Positions 1 through 9,744 of a DNA stretch of 64,000 nt are shown here, piece after piece. The DNA is taken from contig CAXXXD010000003.1 in NCBI GenBank assembly GCA_963663385.2, positions 1,056,001 to 1,120,000 of the forward strand, written 5' to 3'. Numbering within the stretch: position 1 is the stretch's first letter; each line of letters starts with the position of its first letter. The position numbers and the translations under genes were made by a program. This DNA comes from Oceanispirochaeta sp. (GTDB lineage Bacteria > Spirochaetota > Spirochaetia > DSM-2461). The notes beneath the pieces were generated by a model. That model saw only the letters and a list, made by a program, of their open reading frames with translations. It did no database searches and had not been told where the DNA came from.

Positions 1-214
1 CAAGTCCATGACTCCCGTGGTTTCCCGGTATACAAAAAACAACCCCCGCTGTTTTAAAGTTGACGTATCGAAGGATATGGAAACAGCCCGGGCCTTCGGT
101 GTGATGGGGACACCCTCAACAGTTCTGGTTGAGAACGGTTTAATCAGGGAATTCCTGGTAGGTCCGAAACCGGAATCAGATCTGACAGCCATGCTTGAAC
201 TGACCAGGGCCTGA
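1..214 (+). CDS. Thioredoxin-family protein, C-terminal part (5' end outside window)
   Basis: Reads KSMTP...FKVDVSKDMETARAFGVMGTPSTVLVENG, the thioredoxin-fold segment after CxxC, including the cis-Pro motif. Confidence 0.75.
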   Translation, partial: KSMTPVVSRYTKNNPRCFKVDVSKDMETARAFGVMGTPSTVLVENGLIREFLVGPKPESDLTAMLELTRA

Positions 215-265
215 ATAGACTGTTCCTTTATAGAAATGATATCTTTCCTGTATTATGATAAGCAA

Positions 266-604
266 ATGAGGGTAATAATGAGGAAAGTTTTTTTACTGGT
301 AATCATGCTTTCCGGGAGTTTGCTATTTGCTTTCGGACGTCATGAATCCGTTTCCTACACGCAGACGGGAGTTATAGTTCTGGTGGGGAATGAACCTCAC
401 CTGGATATTGTTCTGAAAGGTGGAGACGGCAATGTCTATCTTCTGACCGGAGAAAAAGCGGATGAGCTGATTTCCTACCAGAATCTCGAAGTGGCTGTTA
501 CGGGTGTTTTCAGGGAGACTCCGGACATCAGATATAAGTATGAACTGAAAGTGGATTCTTTTTATTCAGAGCAGAAGCCTGTGATACTTCCCCCGTCCCG
601 TTAA
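266..604 (+). CDS. Small exported/membrane-anchored hypothetical protein (start 266 or 278)
   Basis: N-terminal hydrophobic signal-like segment, then a beta-rich domain; GAGG SD before ATG 278. Confidence 0.65.
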   Translation: MRVIMRKVFLLVIMLSGSLLFAFGRHESVSYTQTGVIVLVGNEPHLDIVLKGGDGNVYLLTGEKADELISYQNLEVAVTGVFRETPDIRYKYELKVDSFYSEQKPVILPPSR

Positions 605-617
605 TAGAGGAGGGGGG

Positions 618-1337
618 GTGTCGACAATACTGTATATAGAGGAAGAGGATCTGAAATCCCGCAGGATTCTGGATTTTATCCATCATGACGGAAGATCACA
701 CTTTTACTGGACCAGGGACTGGTCAGCTTCACTATACAGCCGTCTGGCCTATGAGGGCCTGATCTCCACAAGTTATGAAACAGAAAAGGGGGAAATTGTT
801 CTCCTGCCTGAAATGCAGAGGGCCTATGCCGTATTGGACTGGGATAATCTTCATATTTCCAGACATATAAAAAAAATGATTCGGAAAGAGGCTGGGCCCA
901 GGCTGACAGTCAATAAGAACTATCCCGGGGTTATAAAATCCATACAGGAGTATCATGATCCCTGCTGGCTTACAGCGGAATACATATCCATTCTTGATCA
1001 GCTCCATAGGGCAGAGGAGGACGGATGCAGGGTTTTATCTGTAGAACTATGGGATCATAACGACAGGCTGGTCGCCGGAGAGGTCGGTTATCAGATTGGT
1101 GCCGTTTATACAAGCCTCAGTGGTTTTTGCCGAAGGCACAGTGGGGGAAAAAACTACGGAACCTGTCAGATGGTTATGCTGGCCCAAAAAATGTTTCAGC
1201 ATGGGATGCATTTCTGGAATATGGGGCATCCTGATATGCCGTATAAAATCCGGCTCGGAGCCAAAGTTCTGGAAAGAGAGGATTTTTTGAAAATCTGGAA
1301 AGAAAGCCGGGATACAAAACTGGAAATTTTAAATTAA
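618..1337 (+). CDS. aat: Leucyl/phenylalanyl-tRNA--protein transferase family protein
   Basis: LHISRHIKK, SVELWD..LVAGEVGY.IG.VYTSLSGF and YKIRLGAKVLEREDFL motifs; GAGGAG SD before GTG. Confidence 0.8.
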   Translation: MSTILYIEEEDLKSRRILDFIHHDGRSHFYWTRDWSASLYSRLAYEGLISTSYETEKGEIVLLPEMQRAYAVLDWDNLHISRHIKKMIRKEAGPRLTVNKNYPGVIKSIQEYHDPCWLTAEYISILDQLHRAEEDGCRVLSVELWDHNDRLVAGEVGYQIGAVYTSLSGFCRRHSGGKNYGTCQMVMLAQKMFQHGMHFWNMGHPDMPYKIRLGAKVLEREDFLKIWKESRDTKLEILN

Positions 1338-1362
1338 GCAGTCATATTGTATCAGCAAAAGG

Positions 1363-1668
1363 TTAATAGGATGTTTCAATAAAAAGGAATTTATTAAATA
1401 ATCGTTTATGAATATAGCGCTCGCCCTTACTGTTAAGGGGATTGCGAACGCCTGGATAGAATTCCAGTCTGACATTTGCGGATTTCCTGTAAAAGTCTTT
1501 TATCAGGTACCCATTTACATACAGAAACTCAAGGTCATCTCTATTCTGTTCTTCAAATCGAATATGGGAATCGGTTGAATCAATTTTCCATTCGTTGTAA
1601 ATTTTTTTCAGCAACTGTTTTTTCTGCCTGCATGTCATGGAATCAATTATAGCCTCAATAATATTCAT
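1363..1668 (-). CDS. Hypothetical protein, 101 aa
   Basis: Intact ORF in an otherwise empty region; TATAGT 6 nt upstream of the ATG. Confidence 0.6.
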   Translation of the reverse strand: MNIIEAIIDSMTCRQKKQLLKKIYNEWKIDSTDSHIRFEEQNRDDLEFLYVNGYLIKDFYRKSANVRLEFYPGVRNPLNSKGERYIHKRLFNKFLFIETSY

Positions 1669-1730
1669 TTGTAAACTATATTTGCGTTTATTTTTAAATT
1701 GATGAACGATTGCTGCTGTGAATTTCCGAT

Positions 1731-1871
1731 CTATTTCTCTATCAGAAGACTATAAACGGGGATCTTGAACTGTTTGTATTGGAATAGGTAGTCAGTCAGA
1801 GCTAAATCCTGTTCCATCAGTCGCATATGTTCAGCACATTTCCTTTTGATTATGGCAATTTGTCTTCTCAT
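1731..1871 (-). CDS. Putative small protein, 46 aa (MRRQIAIIKRKCAEHMRLMEQDLALTDYLFQYKQFKIPVYSLLIEK)
   Basis: Translated by hand; below the ORF-track cutoff; weak AAAGAG SD. Confidence 0.35.
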   Translation of the reverse strand: MRRQIAIIKRKCAEHMRLMEQDLALTDYLFQYKQFKIPVYSLLIEK

Positions 1872-2175
1872 ACTCTTTCAGCTTAGTAAAACTGAAAACT
1901 ATTAAAGAGATTAACCTTGATTTTAAGATTGCTTACGGCGAACGTGTGTTTATATATTGTTGTATGCAGCAGGTTTCGAAATCGATCCGCTTTTTCACGA
2001 ATCAAAGCCGGGTGTATGATCTTTAACCAATATGACCAAAATGAACAAAATGAACAAAAAGAAAAGAAAGGTAAAATAAGATTCAAATAAAGTCAAAATT
2101 ATTATATTTAACTGGAATTCTTATCATTTTTGCTTTAAATTATCTAACTAAAATGGAACAAGCGGTATTTATTAG

Positions 2176-4377
2176 ATGAAAAAAATCCAGATAAAACTAT
2201 TAGTTTTTATTCTTCTCCCGACAGCACTTCTGTTTATGGTTTCTTTTATATTCATTAACTCTGTTACATCTGCAGCACTTGTAGAGTATGCCGAAACATC
2301 AGCCTGTTCTTTTCTGGGACGTAACGGAGACAACATAGAAAATCGTCTGCAGGAATCACTCAAGATGCTGGACGAGTCCATGAGAACGGTTGAAATACTT
2401 CATAACCAGGGAGTTAAGAATAGAACTCTTCTTCCGGAACTGTTTTTACAGTACCTGAAAGACTCTCCCGATATATTCTCTCTATGGGTCTATTTTGAAC
2501 CGGATGGCTGGGACGGACAGGATACCCTTTATGCTGATACCGGGGACTATGATGAAACCGGTAACTATGCCGTCTGGGCGTACCGGGAAAAAGGATCTCA
2601 GGAGGCTGTTGTTACAACGGAAGCCTGGGGTGTTGAGGAATATGAGGCTGACTACTATGCCATCCCATTTTCCGAGGGGGAGTATTATTTCGATGAACCG
2701 TCCAAGGAAGTCATAAACGATGAGTATTCCATTCTCCTGGTTTCCATCAGTCATGTCGTGCGGGACAGCAGCGGAAAACCCATTGGCGTGGCTGGTGTAG
2801 ATATCTCTCTGGATTTTCTTGACAGTCATGTGAAAGACATTGATGAGAAAAGTTTCGGATTCAGCACTATCGCCCTGACAGATGGCAGTATAGTCGCCGA
2901 CAGTGATGAGGAATCAATCGGTCAGGATTTTAAAAACAAGTATCCTCCGGAAACCAATGAGGCAATTCTCTCTCTTAACGACAGTACCGTGGGGAGTCTG
3001 GAAATTCTATCCGATAAGGGGGGAGAGGAAATCTTCCAGATGGTAAAAGCCATCCGTATAAGCGATTCTCTAACCAGTCTTGTCTACATCCTGAATATAC
3101 CAAGAAGATATATTCTGCAAATTCCGGGAAGAATATTCAATTTCAGCATGATTTTTATCATTTCAGTGCTTGCTATCCTCCTTGGGGTGATTCTGTTTGC
3201 CTCACATAAAATTTCCGGTCCCCTTGTGATTCTAAGGGATGCATTCAATAAAATATCCTCAGGAGATCTGCGGATAGAGACAGCCGTTCCCAATCGGGAC
3301 GAGAGCGGTCAGCTTGCTGCCGGATTTAACAGATTCAGCGCCATTCTCAGTGATAAACTGACTCTTGTCCAGAACTCAATAGACCAGCTTCGGGAGAACA
3401 GCAGAGTCCTTTCGGACAACATGAACAAAACCCAATCCTCATTTGAAGGGATTGCTGATTCCATTTCAAAGGTCGTAACAGCCGGGACCCATAACAGTCA
3501 GGAGATCGAGACAGCTGAAAAGTCAGTGGGTATAATTAATGAAGGAATTCTTTCTCTGAAAAAGAATATAGCTCTACAGGATGAAACATTTCTTGAATCC
3601 TCGTCTGCTATTGAAGAGATGCTGGCAAATATAAGCTCTGTTTCTTCTCTGGTTAACCAGTCAAGCAGTTACTATTCGGATCTTAAAGATACTTCCGCCA
3701 AAGGAGAGCTTCTTCTTTCCGAAGTTATCACCCGGATAAACGGTATCTATAATAAATCGTCCGACCTGCTGGAGACAAATACGCTTATTGCCAATATTGC
3801 TTCTCAAACCAATCTACTGTCCATGAATGCGGCAATTGAGGCAGCACACGCCGGTGATGCGGGAAAGGGTTTTGCCGTCGTGGCTGATGAGATCAGAAAG
3901 CTGGCAGAGGATACCAGTGAACAGTCTAAAAACATCGAATCCATTTTGACCGATATTGTTAATACCATAAAGATCATAGCGGAAGCTTCGGGGTATGCTG
4001 GAGAGAATTTTTCCAATATACAGGAGCTGATTTCAACAGTAGCCAGATTGGAGGAGGAAGTGAAGATGTCTCTGCAGGAGCAGAGTTCCGGTAGTAAACA
4101 GATCCTGGCTTCTCTGACAGAAATGAAGGAATCTTCTTCACAGATTCAGGAGAAATCTATTGTAATGGCCAGTTCTGTTGACAGTCTCAGCGAGGATATC
4201 GAAAACCTTTCCCGTAACGGCATTCACATCAGAAAGAGTATTGAAAAAGTTTCTGTAGATAATGAAAGTGTTAAGAGTGCTGTGGATGCGGTAGAAGAAT
4301 TCATAGTCAGTAATAGTGATTTAATTGATCAGGTAAACAGTAATATACAATTTTTCCGGTTGAAAGAAGAACTGTGA
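2176..4377 (+). CDS. Methyl-accepting chemotaxis protein (TM-dCache-TM-HAMP-signalling domain)
   Basis: IASQTNLLSMNAAIEAAHAGDAGKGFAVVADEIRKLAE hairpin tip; HAMP (NRDESGQLAAGFN); Cache-like GVAGVDISLD. Confidence 0.97.
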   Translation: MKKIQIKLLVFILLPTALLFMVSFIFINSVTSAALVEYAETSACSFLGRNGDNIENRLQESLKMLDESMRTVEILHNQGVKNRTLLPELFLQYLKDSPDIFSLWVYFEPDGWDGQDTLYADTGDYDETGNYAVWAYREKGSQEAVVTTEAWGVEEYEADYYAIPFSEGEYYFDEPSKEVINDEYSILLVSISHVVRDSSGKPIGVAGVDISLDFLDSHVKDIDEKSFGFSTIALTDGSIVADSDEESIGQDFKNKYPPETNEAILSLNDSTVGSLEILSDKGGEEIFQMVKAIRISDSLTSLVYILNIPRRYILQIPGRIFNFSMIFIISVLAILLGVILFASHKISGPLVILRDAFNKISSGDLRIETAVPNRDESGQLAAGFNRFSAILSDKLTLVQNSIDQLRENSRVLSDNMNKTQSSFEGIADSISKVVTAGTHNSQEIETAEKSVGIINEGILSLKKNIALQDETFLESSSAIEEMLANISSVSSLVNQSSSYYSDLKDTSAKGELLLSEVITRINGIYNKSSDLLETNTLIANIASQTNLLSMNAAIEAAHAGDAGKGFAVVADEIRKLAEDTSEQSKNIESILTDIVNTIKIIAEASGYAGENFSNIQELISTVARLEEEVKMSLQEQSSGSKQILASLTEMKESSSQIQEKSIVMASSVDSLSEDIENLSRNGIHIRKSIEKVSVDNESVKSAVDAVEEFIVSNSDLIDQVNSNIQFFRLKEEL

Positions 4378-4427
4378 TCTATACCAGCACACTCCCCATT
4401 TCCGAACTGTCAAATTACAGAAATTAG

Positions 4428-5096
4428 TCAGGCTGGTAGGGATTCAGCAGAATCCCTATTCAGCCAACCATCAAAAAAAGTTATTTTTCTTTCAAAAAAA
4501 CGAACCAGGCACCCAACAAGAACAGCTGCTGCAATGGTTCCTTCCCGAATACCCGCAAACCTTTTTATCAGAATAAGGGAACTGACAGCGCCGAACAGGA
4601 CAACAAAACTGTCAAAGAGGATTTTTACCATTCCGAACTCCATATGGAAGGTTTCTGCTATGGCGGCGACAAGTCCTTCTCCAGGCAGGTAGGTGAGAGC
4701 TGATTTCACTTCCAGGAATACCCCAAAGCCGATGATCCCGCAGCTGATAAGACAGGCCGTGCACCGTAGGGGGTAGGAGGCAATGGTCAGATCAGAAAGG
4801 AGAAAATTGGAAAAATCTATAAAATATCCAAAGGCTACGGCGGCCGGGAGTTGGATAAGCTGTACAGGTTGATAGTTTTTTCTAAGGAGTATGATCTGAA
4901 ATAAAATGAACAGTATCATCATTATAATGGCAATCTCTCCCATACTCGGGGAAAATCGTAAACTGTAGATGTAGGGTATGCATGAAATGGGAGCCAGTCC
5001 GAGGTCGGCTTTAACAGACAAAGCAATTCCCAGAGACATGATGAAAAGCCCGGATACAAGGATAATCGTTTTTTTAAAAAGGCAGCATATTCTCAT
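4428..5096 (-). CDS. YczE/YyaS (DUF6198-like) membrane protein
   Basis: GIALSVKADLG.APISCIPY and GIREGTIAAAVLVG motifs; multiple TM segments. Confidence 0.85.
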   Translation of the reverse strand: MRICCLFKKTIILVSGLFIMSLGIALSVKADLGLAPISCIPYIYSLRFSPSMGEIAIIMMILFILFQIILLRKNYQPVQLIQLPAAVAFGYFIDFSNFLLSDLTIASYPLRCTACLISCGIIGFGVFLEVKSALTYLPGEGLVAAIAETFHMEFGMVKILFDSFVVLFGAVSSLILIKRFAGIREGTIAAAVLVGCLVRFFERKITFFDGWLNRDSAESLPA

Positions 5097-5189
5097 AACT
5101 TCAGGTTACACCAATAACTTTCACATTGGAAGCAATTTAAAAGTGTCCATATAGTACAGGGCTGCATTTTTTTCTGTTCATGATTAATC

Positions 5190-5207
5190 ACGACATAATG
5201 TTGTCAT
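5190..5207. promoter_or_regulatory. Palindromic operator-like site ACGACA-N6-TGTCAT
   Basis: GACA-N6-TGTC inverted repeat in the divergent intergenic region upstream of the DUF3795 gene. Confidence 0.4.
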
Positions 5208-5255
5208 ATATAGGGGGGTATATTAGGTTTATCAATAATCAGGGAGAAATAAACA

Positions 5256-5606
5256 ATGAAAAAAGAAATTACAGCGGATAGTGATCTGATTGCCTATTGC
5301 GGCCTTTATTGCGGAGCCTGCCCCCGTTATCTGAAAAGGAAATGCGCCGGCTGCCGTGAGAGTGATAAACTATCCTGGTGCAAGATCAGAAACTGCAACG
5401 AGGAAAATGAATTTCACAGCTGTGCTGACTGTACTCTAATGGATTTTGCCGATTGTAAACTGAACCATAATTTCATGTCCCGATTTTTCAGCCTTATCTT
5501 TAATTCTGACAGGGATGCCTGTGTCGCCAGGATAAAAGCCGCTGGAAAAGAGGTTTATGCAGAAGAAATGGCTAAACGGGGGAGTCAGACTATCCTCCGG
5601 AAATAG
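5256..5606 (+). CDS. DUF3795-family Cys-rich protein
   Basis: IAYCGLYCGAC..CAGC..CKIRNC..SCADC..C pattern; GGGAG SD. Confidence 0.85.
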   Translation: MKKEITADSDLIAYCGLYCGACPRYLKRKCAGCRESDKLSWCKIRNCNEENEFHSCADCTLMDFADCKLNHNFMSRFFSLIFNSDRDACVARIKAAGKEVYAEEMAKRGSQTILRK

Positions 5607-5612
5607 GATATA

Positions 5613-7526
5613 TCAAGTTTTCAGCCACTCTTCCACCTGTCTGAAAGGGTACTGTTCCAGTACCCCGAAGGCATTGAGCTTTTTAAGTTTAAGCCTTGTA
5701 AAGAGAGGCGAGGTCAGTCCGCACAGAAACCGGGCAAGATTATTGGCATCCCCGTCCTCTTGTAATAAACTGAGAGCTTCTGCGGTTAATACGTTTTTAT
5801 CCAGGCTCTCCAGGTCTTCCCGATTATCTTCTCCGGTCATTACAACCGTCTCTCCGGAACAGAAACTGCAATGACCGCACTCATCTGTTGTCAGATCTTC
5901 CCCGAAATAGGCGGCCAGTCTGCGGCTGTAACAGGAATCCTCTTCAAAAAAACGGATCATATGATGAATCCGTGCAATTTCCGACTCTTCCTTATCTTTG
6001 AAAAGGGTATATAGAGCATCTCCCAGTATTTCAGGATCAAAATCCGGATCCAGTACAGTATAAACCTCGACAGCCTGACTGGCTGTCAGATCGATCCATT
6101 TCTTATCATCAAAGTAGTCAAGGGCTGCGAGGATTCTTTTTCTGTCTACCCTGTGTCCGTCAACAAGAGATTCCATATCAACAGTAGTCCATATCTTTTT
6201 TGATTGACAGTTCTGCAGTACCAGCCGGACAAATTCTTTTCTTTCCCCCCTGAACTGATCAATGATTGTCTGTTCATCCTGCAGGTATTTAAAACTGTAT
6301 TCTTCAAAATAACTGTATTTGGGGCTGATAACCTTTTTGATTGAGAGGTAGACAAGGAGTGTTTTCAATGGCAGGGGCCGGATATTTGTATCCCTGCCCA
6401 GGAAGGCGGCTTTAAACTCCCACAGGTTTCCAGCCTGTTTTATCTCCTTCAGGAGAAGAAACAGGGATTTTCTGGTCGGAGTATCGCCGTAGACAAAGTT
6501 CTCCAGGACGGATAGATTACTTTTGCAGGCGTATACTTCACAGATGGACGGTTTTCCATCGCGGCCGGCGCGGCCGATCTCCTGACTGTAATTTTCGATA
6601 GATTTAGGCAGATCGTAGTGGATAATTTTCCGTATATTCAGTTTGTCAATTCCCATACCAAAAGCAATGGTTGCAACAACACAGGGCATCTCTCCATTCA
6701 TAAACTTGTTTTGAGTCAGCACTCTTTCATCGCTTTTCATACCGCCATGGTAGGCTGAGGCTTTGATACCCCGTTCAGTAAGCCAGGATGCAACATCTTC
6801 CGCTCTTTTCTGGAGCGTTACGTAGACAATTGCCGGCTGTCCGGGATTTTCAGACAGATCCTGAAGCAGCTTTTTTTTCTTACGGTTTTCCTCTACAGGG
6901 CTTATCTTGAGATAGAGATTCGGCCGGTGGAATCCGGTGGTAACAACATTTTCCCTGCGTATTTGAAACTTTGCACACATATCGGCAGTTACTTTCTCTG
7001 TTGCGGTTGCCGTCAGAAGGAGAATCTTATCAATATTGAATTCCCGGCGGTAATCGGGGAGTCTGAGGTACTCGGGACGGAAGTTATGCCCCCATTCGGA
7101 TATACAGTGGGCTTCATCCACAACAAGCAGGGATATCTGTATCCTGTGCAGCTGGTTCCGGAAACGCTCGTTTTTGAAACGTTCCACTGAAATCATCAGA
7201 ATCTTAAGGTCCCCTGCAACGGAGGCTCTGACAATTTCATTATACTGTTCACCCGTAAGAGTTGAATCGAGTCTGGCGGCAGGAATATTATGACTATGCA
7301 GAAAATCAAGCTGGTCCTTCATCAGGGACAGGAGGGGGGATACCACCAGTGTCAGATGGGGCTGCATCATTGCAGGAAGCTGGTAACAGAGGGATTTTCC
7401 GGCTCCTGTAGGAAAGATGGCCGCTGTGGAATGGCCGTCAATTATCTTTTCAATTGCTTCCTGCTGCCCCCTGCGGAAGGAGTCAAAGCCGAAATGCTGT
7501 TTCAATGCACAAAGTAATTTACTCAT
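5613..7526 (-). CDS. recQ: RecQ-family ATP-dependent DNA helicase (no obvious HRDC)
   Basis: FPTGAGKSLCYQLP, VVDEAHCISEWGHNFRPEY, VATIAFGMGIDK, YSQEIGRAGRDG; Zn-binding C..CGHCSFC. Confidence 0.93.
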   Translation of the reverse strand: MSKLLCALKQHFGFDSFRRGQQEAIEKIIDGHSTAAIFPTGAGKSLCYQLPAMMQPHLTLVVSPLLSLMKDQLDFLHSHNIPAARLDSTLTGEQYNEIVRASVAGDLKILMISVERFKNERFRNQLHRIQISLLVVDEAHCISEWGHNFRPEYLRLPDYRREFNIDKILLLTATATEKVTADMCAKFQIRRENVVTTGFHRPNLYLKISPVEENRKKKKLLQDLSENPGQPAIVYVTLQKRAEDVASWLTERGIKASAYHGGMKSDERVLTQNKFMNGEMPCVVATIAFGMGIDKLNIRKIIHYDLPKSIENYSQEIGRAGRDGKPSICEVYACKSNLSVLENFVYGDTPTRKSLFLLLKEIKQAGNLWEFKAAFLGRDTNIRPLPLKTLLVYLSIKKVISPKYSYFEEYSFKYLQDEQTIIDQFRGERKEFVRLVLQNCQSKKIWTTVDMESLVDGHRVDRKRILAALDYFDDKKWIDLTASQAVEVYTVLDPDFDPEILGDALYTLFKDKEESEIARIHHMIRFFEEDSCYSRRLAAYFGEDLTTDECGHCSFCSGETVVMTGEDNREDLESLDKNVLTAEALSLLQEDGDANNLARFLCGLTSPLFTRLKLKKLNAFGVLEQYPFRQVEEWLKT

Positions 7527-7577
7527 AGGGTGATTGTATTACATAAAAACTATCAGGGAACAGGGGGATAGAACACC

Positions 7578-9617
7578 TTACTTTTCCAAAGTGCCGGTTA
7601 CCCGGTTTTTCCCCGCTTCTTTAGATAGATACATATTATTATCCGCTTTTCTGATAATGGCACCTAGATCGGAGTTCTTTGGTGGTATTGTGCTGTAGAG
7701 TCCTATACTGGCAGTTATATGTAAATCCTCTTTTTCAAGTGGAATGATCCTTTCTTCAATATTTTCTCTTATCTTTTCTGCCATCAGCCGGGCTTCCTTA
7801 TGTGTCATCCCCTGAAGGAAAACAAGAAACTCTTCACCTCCGTATCGGCCATAACCGTCAAGAGTTCTCTTAAGAAGCGTTTTAAAGATAAGGCCTATCT
7901 CTTTTAAGCAGATATCACCTGTTTCATGTCCCCAAGTATCATTAACGTATTTAAAATCATCCACATCAATAAGCATCACATGGAGGTAGGAGTTGCTGCG
8001 GCAGCACCAGTTACGACCCTGTTCCAGAATCTGAAGCAGGTGCCTTCTGTTGTATATACCGGTAAGATTATCAAACCGGTTTAAATGGAGCAGTTCTCTA
8101 TTATACGCCTTTATTGTATCTGTCTGTCGGCTGTTGTTTAAAGCTATAGTGGCGTAGGATGTAAGCATCTCCATAAAGTGCCAATCCTCATCATTAAAGG
8201 CATTTATTTTCCGGCTGTAGACGGCAACGACTCCTCTACGCTGTTCATACATACAGGGAAGGCATAACCCTGAAAAAACAGGAAACGGTAGATATGAGTT
8301 GTCCAGACTTTTGAAATAGGAGCTGTACTCCGTGGGAATATTGTTCAGCATCAGCCCGGTTTCATGTTGAATCACCCAGGATATAATACTTCCCGGATCT
8401 CCCGAATCTATTTCTACAGGTATTTCTTTCTTATTGTTCAGATTGTACATCCGGGCTTTGAGCTGACCTCCTCTTTCAGTCTGTTCACCAATAACACATA
8501 GATCTATCGTAAAAAGGGATGATAGAGATTCAACCAGTGTCTCCAGAATCTCCTTCCGTTCGAGAAAAGCGGTTAGTTTTTTTCCCATTTCACTAATGGT
8601 GGTCATACGCCGGTTCATCTCCATAAGACTCTTTTTTTCAAGGAGCCACACTTTTTCGACCAGCTCGGAAGATTTCAACTCATTGGAAAGATTATGGTAC
8701 GTTTTAAAATATCCGATTGCCTTATGAAAATTACCGTTTCTCTCACACAGTTCTGATAGAAGAAGGTACAGTTTTCTATGTTCGATGGACTTGGATTCGT
8801 TTATCAGTTCTTCGGCTTTCCACAATACTTCTTCTGCGGGGGAGTAATCTTTCTGTTTCATTAAAAAATCGCCCAGATTGATATAGATACTAAGTCTGAG
8901 TCTGTTATCGGGAGCGCAGTCGGCAAGGGCCGATTTAAGATTCTCTATCCCTTTCCTGAAATCCCCAAGTTGACCGTAGGTTAAACCGATTTCTTCAAGG
9001 ATGGCGATGTGAGCTTCCTTCCGTCCCTCTGTGACTGAAGAGGCAAGGGCTTTCTCAAAATATTCCAGGGCTTTTTCATTATCATTTAATGACCGGTGTG
9101 TGCATCCCAGATTGTTGAGAACGGAGGTTCTGTTTGACTGAGGAATAAGGGTATAAGCCTTTTCAAAAAAACGGAGGGCCTGGCTGAAGTGCTCTGTTTT
9201 AAACTGAAGAATACCCAGGTAGTTATAGGCTGTAAATTCAAGTTCCCTGAACTCGTGCCTTCTGCATTGATCAAGTGAAGTCTGGAGGTAGTAGAAGGCT
9301 CTTTTCATTTTTCCCAGACGAATAAAACACAGGGCCAGGGAATTCCCCGAACAGATGATTCCCCGGATATCATCTTTTATTTGAAGAAACAGTCTTCTGC
9401 CCTGTTTCAGTTGATCCAGGGCTTTGTCCGGATTCCCTTTTTCAATTTCTATAAGGCCTTTATTGATAAGAAACCACGCAATACCTCTGGTGTACTGTGC
9501 TTCTCTGGCAAGATTTCCGGCTTCTCTGCTTAAACGTTCTGTTCTGCCAAGATCCTTGTATATATTTTGAAAAGCTTCCCGATTCAGTGTGTCAATTTTT
9601 TTATAGGTAGTATTCAT
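7578..9617 (-). CDS. TPR-GAF-GGDEF diguanylate cyclase (start 9617 or 9644)
   Basis: TPR repeats, GAF-like segment, DNLTGIYNRR, RTLD I-site and GGEEF. Confidence 0.92.
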   Translation of the reverse strand: MNTTYKKIDTLNREAFQNIYKDLGRTERLSREAGNLAREAQYTRGIAWFLINKGLIEIEKGNPDKALDQLKQGRRLFLQIKDDIRGIICSGNSLALCFIRLGKMKRAFYYLQTSLDQCRRHEFRELEFTAYNYLGILQFKTEHFSQALRFFEKAYTLIPQSNRTSVLNNLGCTHRSLNDNEKALEYFEKALASSVTEGRKEAHIAILEEIGLTYGQLGDFRKGIENLKSALADCAPDNRLRLSIYINLGDFLMKQKDYSPAEEVLWKAEELINESKSIEHRKLYLLLSELCERNGNFHKAIGYFKTYHNLSNELKSSELVEKVWLLEKKSLMEMNRRMTTISEMGKKLTAFLERKEILETLVESLSSLFTIDLCVIGEQTERGGQLKARMYNLNNKKEIPVEIDSGDPGSIISWVIQHETGLMLNNIPTEYSSYFKSLDNSYLPFPVFSGLCLPCMYEQRRGVVAVYSRKINAFNDEDWHFMEMLTSYATIALNNSRQTDTIKAYNRELLHLNRFDNLTGIYNRRHLLQILEQGRNWCCRSNSYLHVMLIDVDDFKYVNDTWGHETGDICLKEIGLIFKTLLKRTLDGYGRYGGEEFLVFLQGMTHKEARLMAEKIRENIEERIIPLEKEDLHITASIGLYSTIPPKNSDLGAIIRKADNNMYLSKEAGKNRVTGTLEK

Positions 9618-9697
9618 ATATTGTTTTGTCAGAATATAAACCAATTTATCCTTTTTTTACAGCACCGGACTGTCATATTCATGTTAATATTCTGATA

Positions 9698-9726
9698 TTG
9701 ACTCTATGGGAATAACTCAATAAAAT
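9698..9726 (+). promoter_or_regulatory. Sigma70-type promoter of ssrA
   Basis: TTGACT-17 nt-TAAAAT, 18 nt upstream of the mature tmRNA 5' end. Confidence 0.8.
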
Positions 9727-9744
9727 GGTTATACACTCCGCTAA

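Noticed and set aside
1883..2086. 67-aa minus-strand ORF
   Set aside because: Low complexity, derived from the 9-bp repeat and purine tract; no SD or motif
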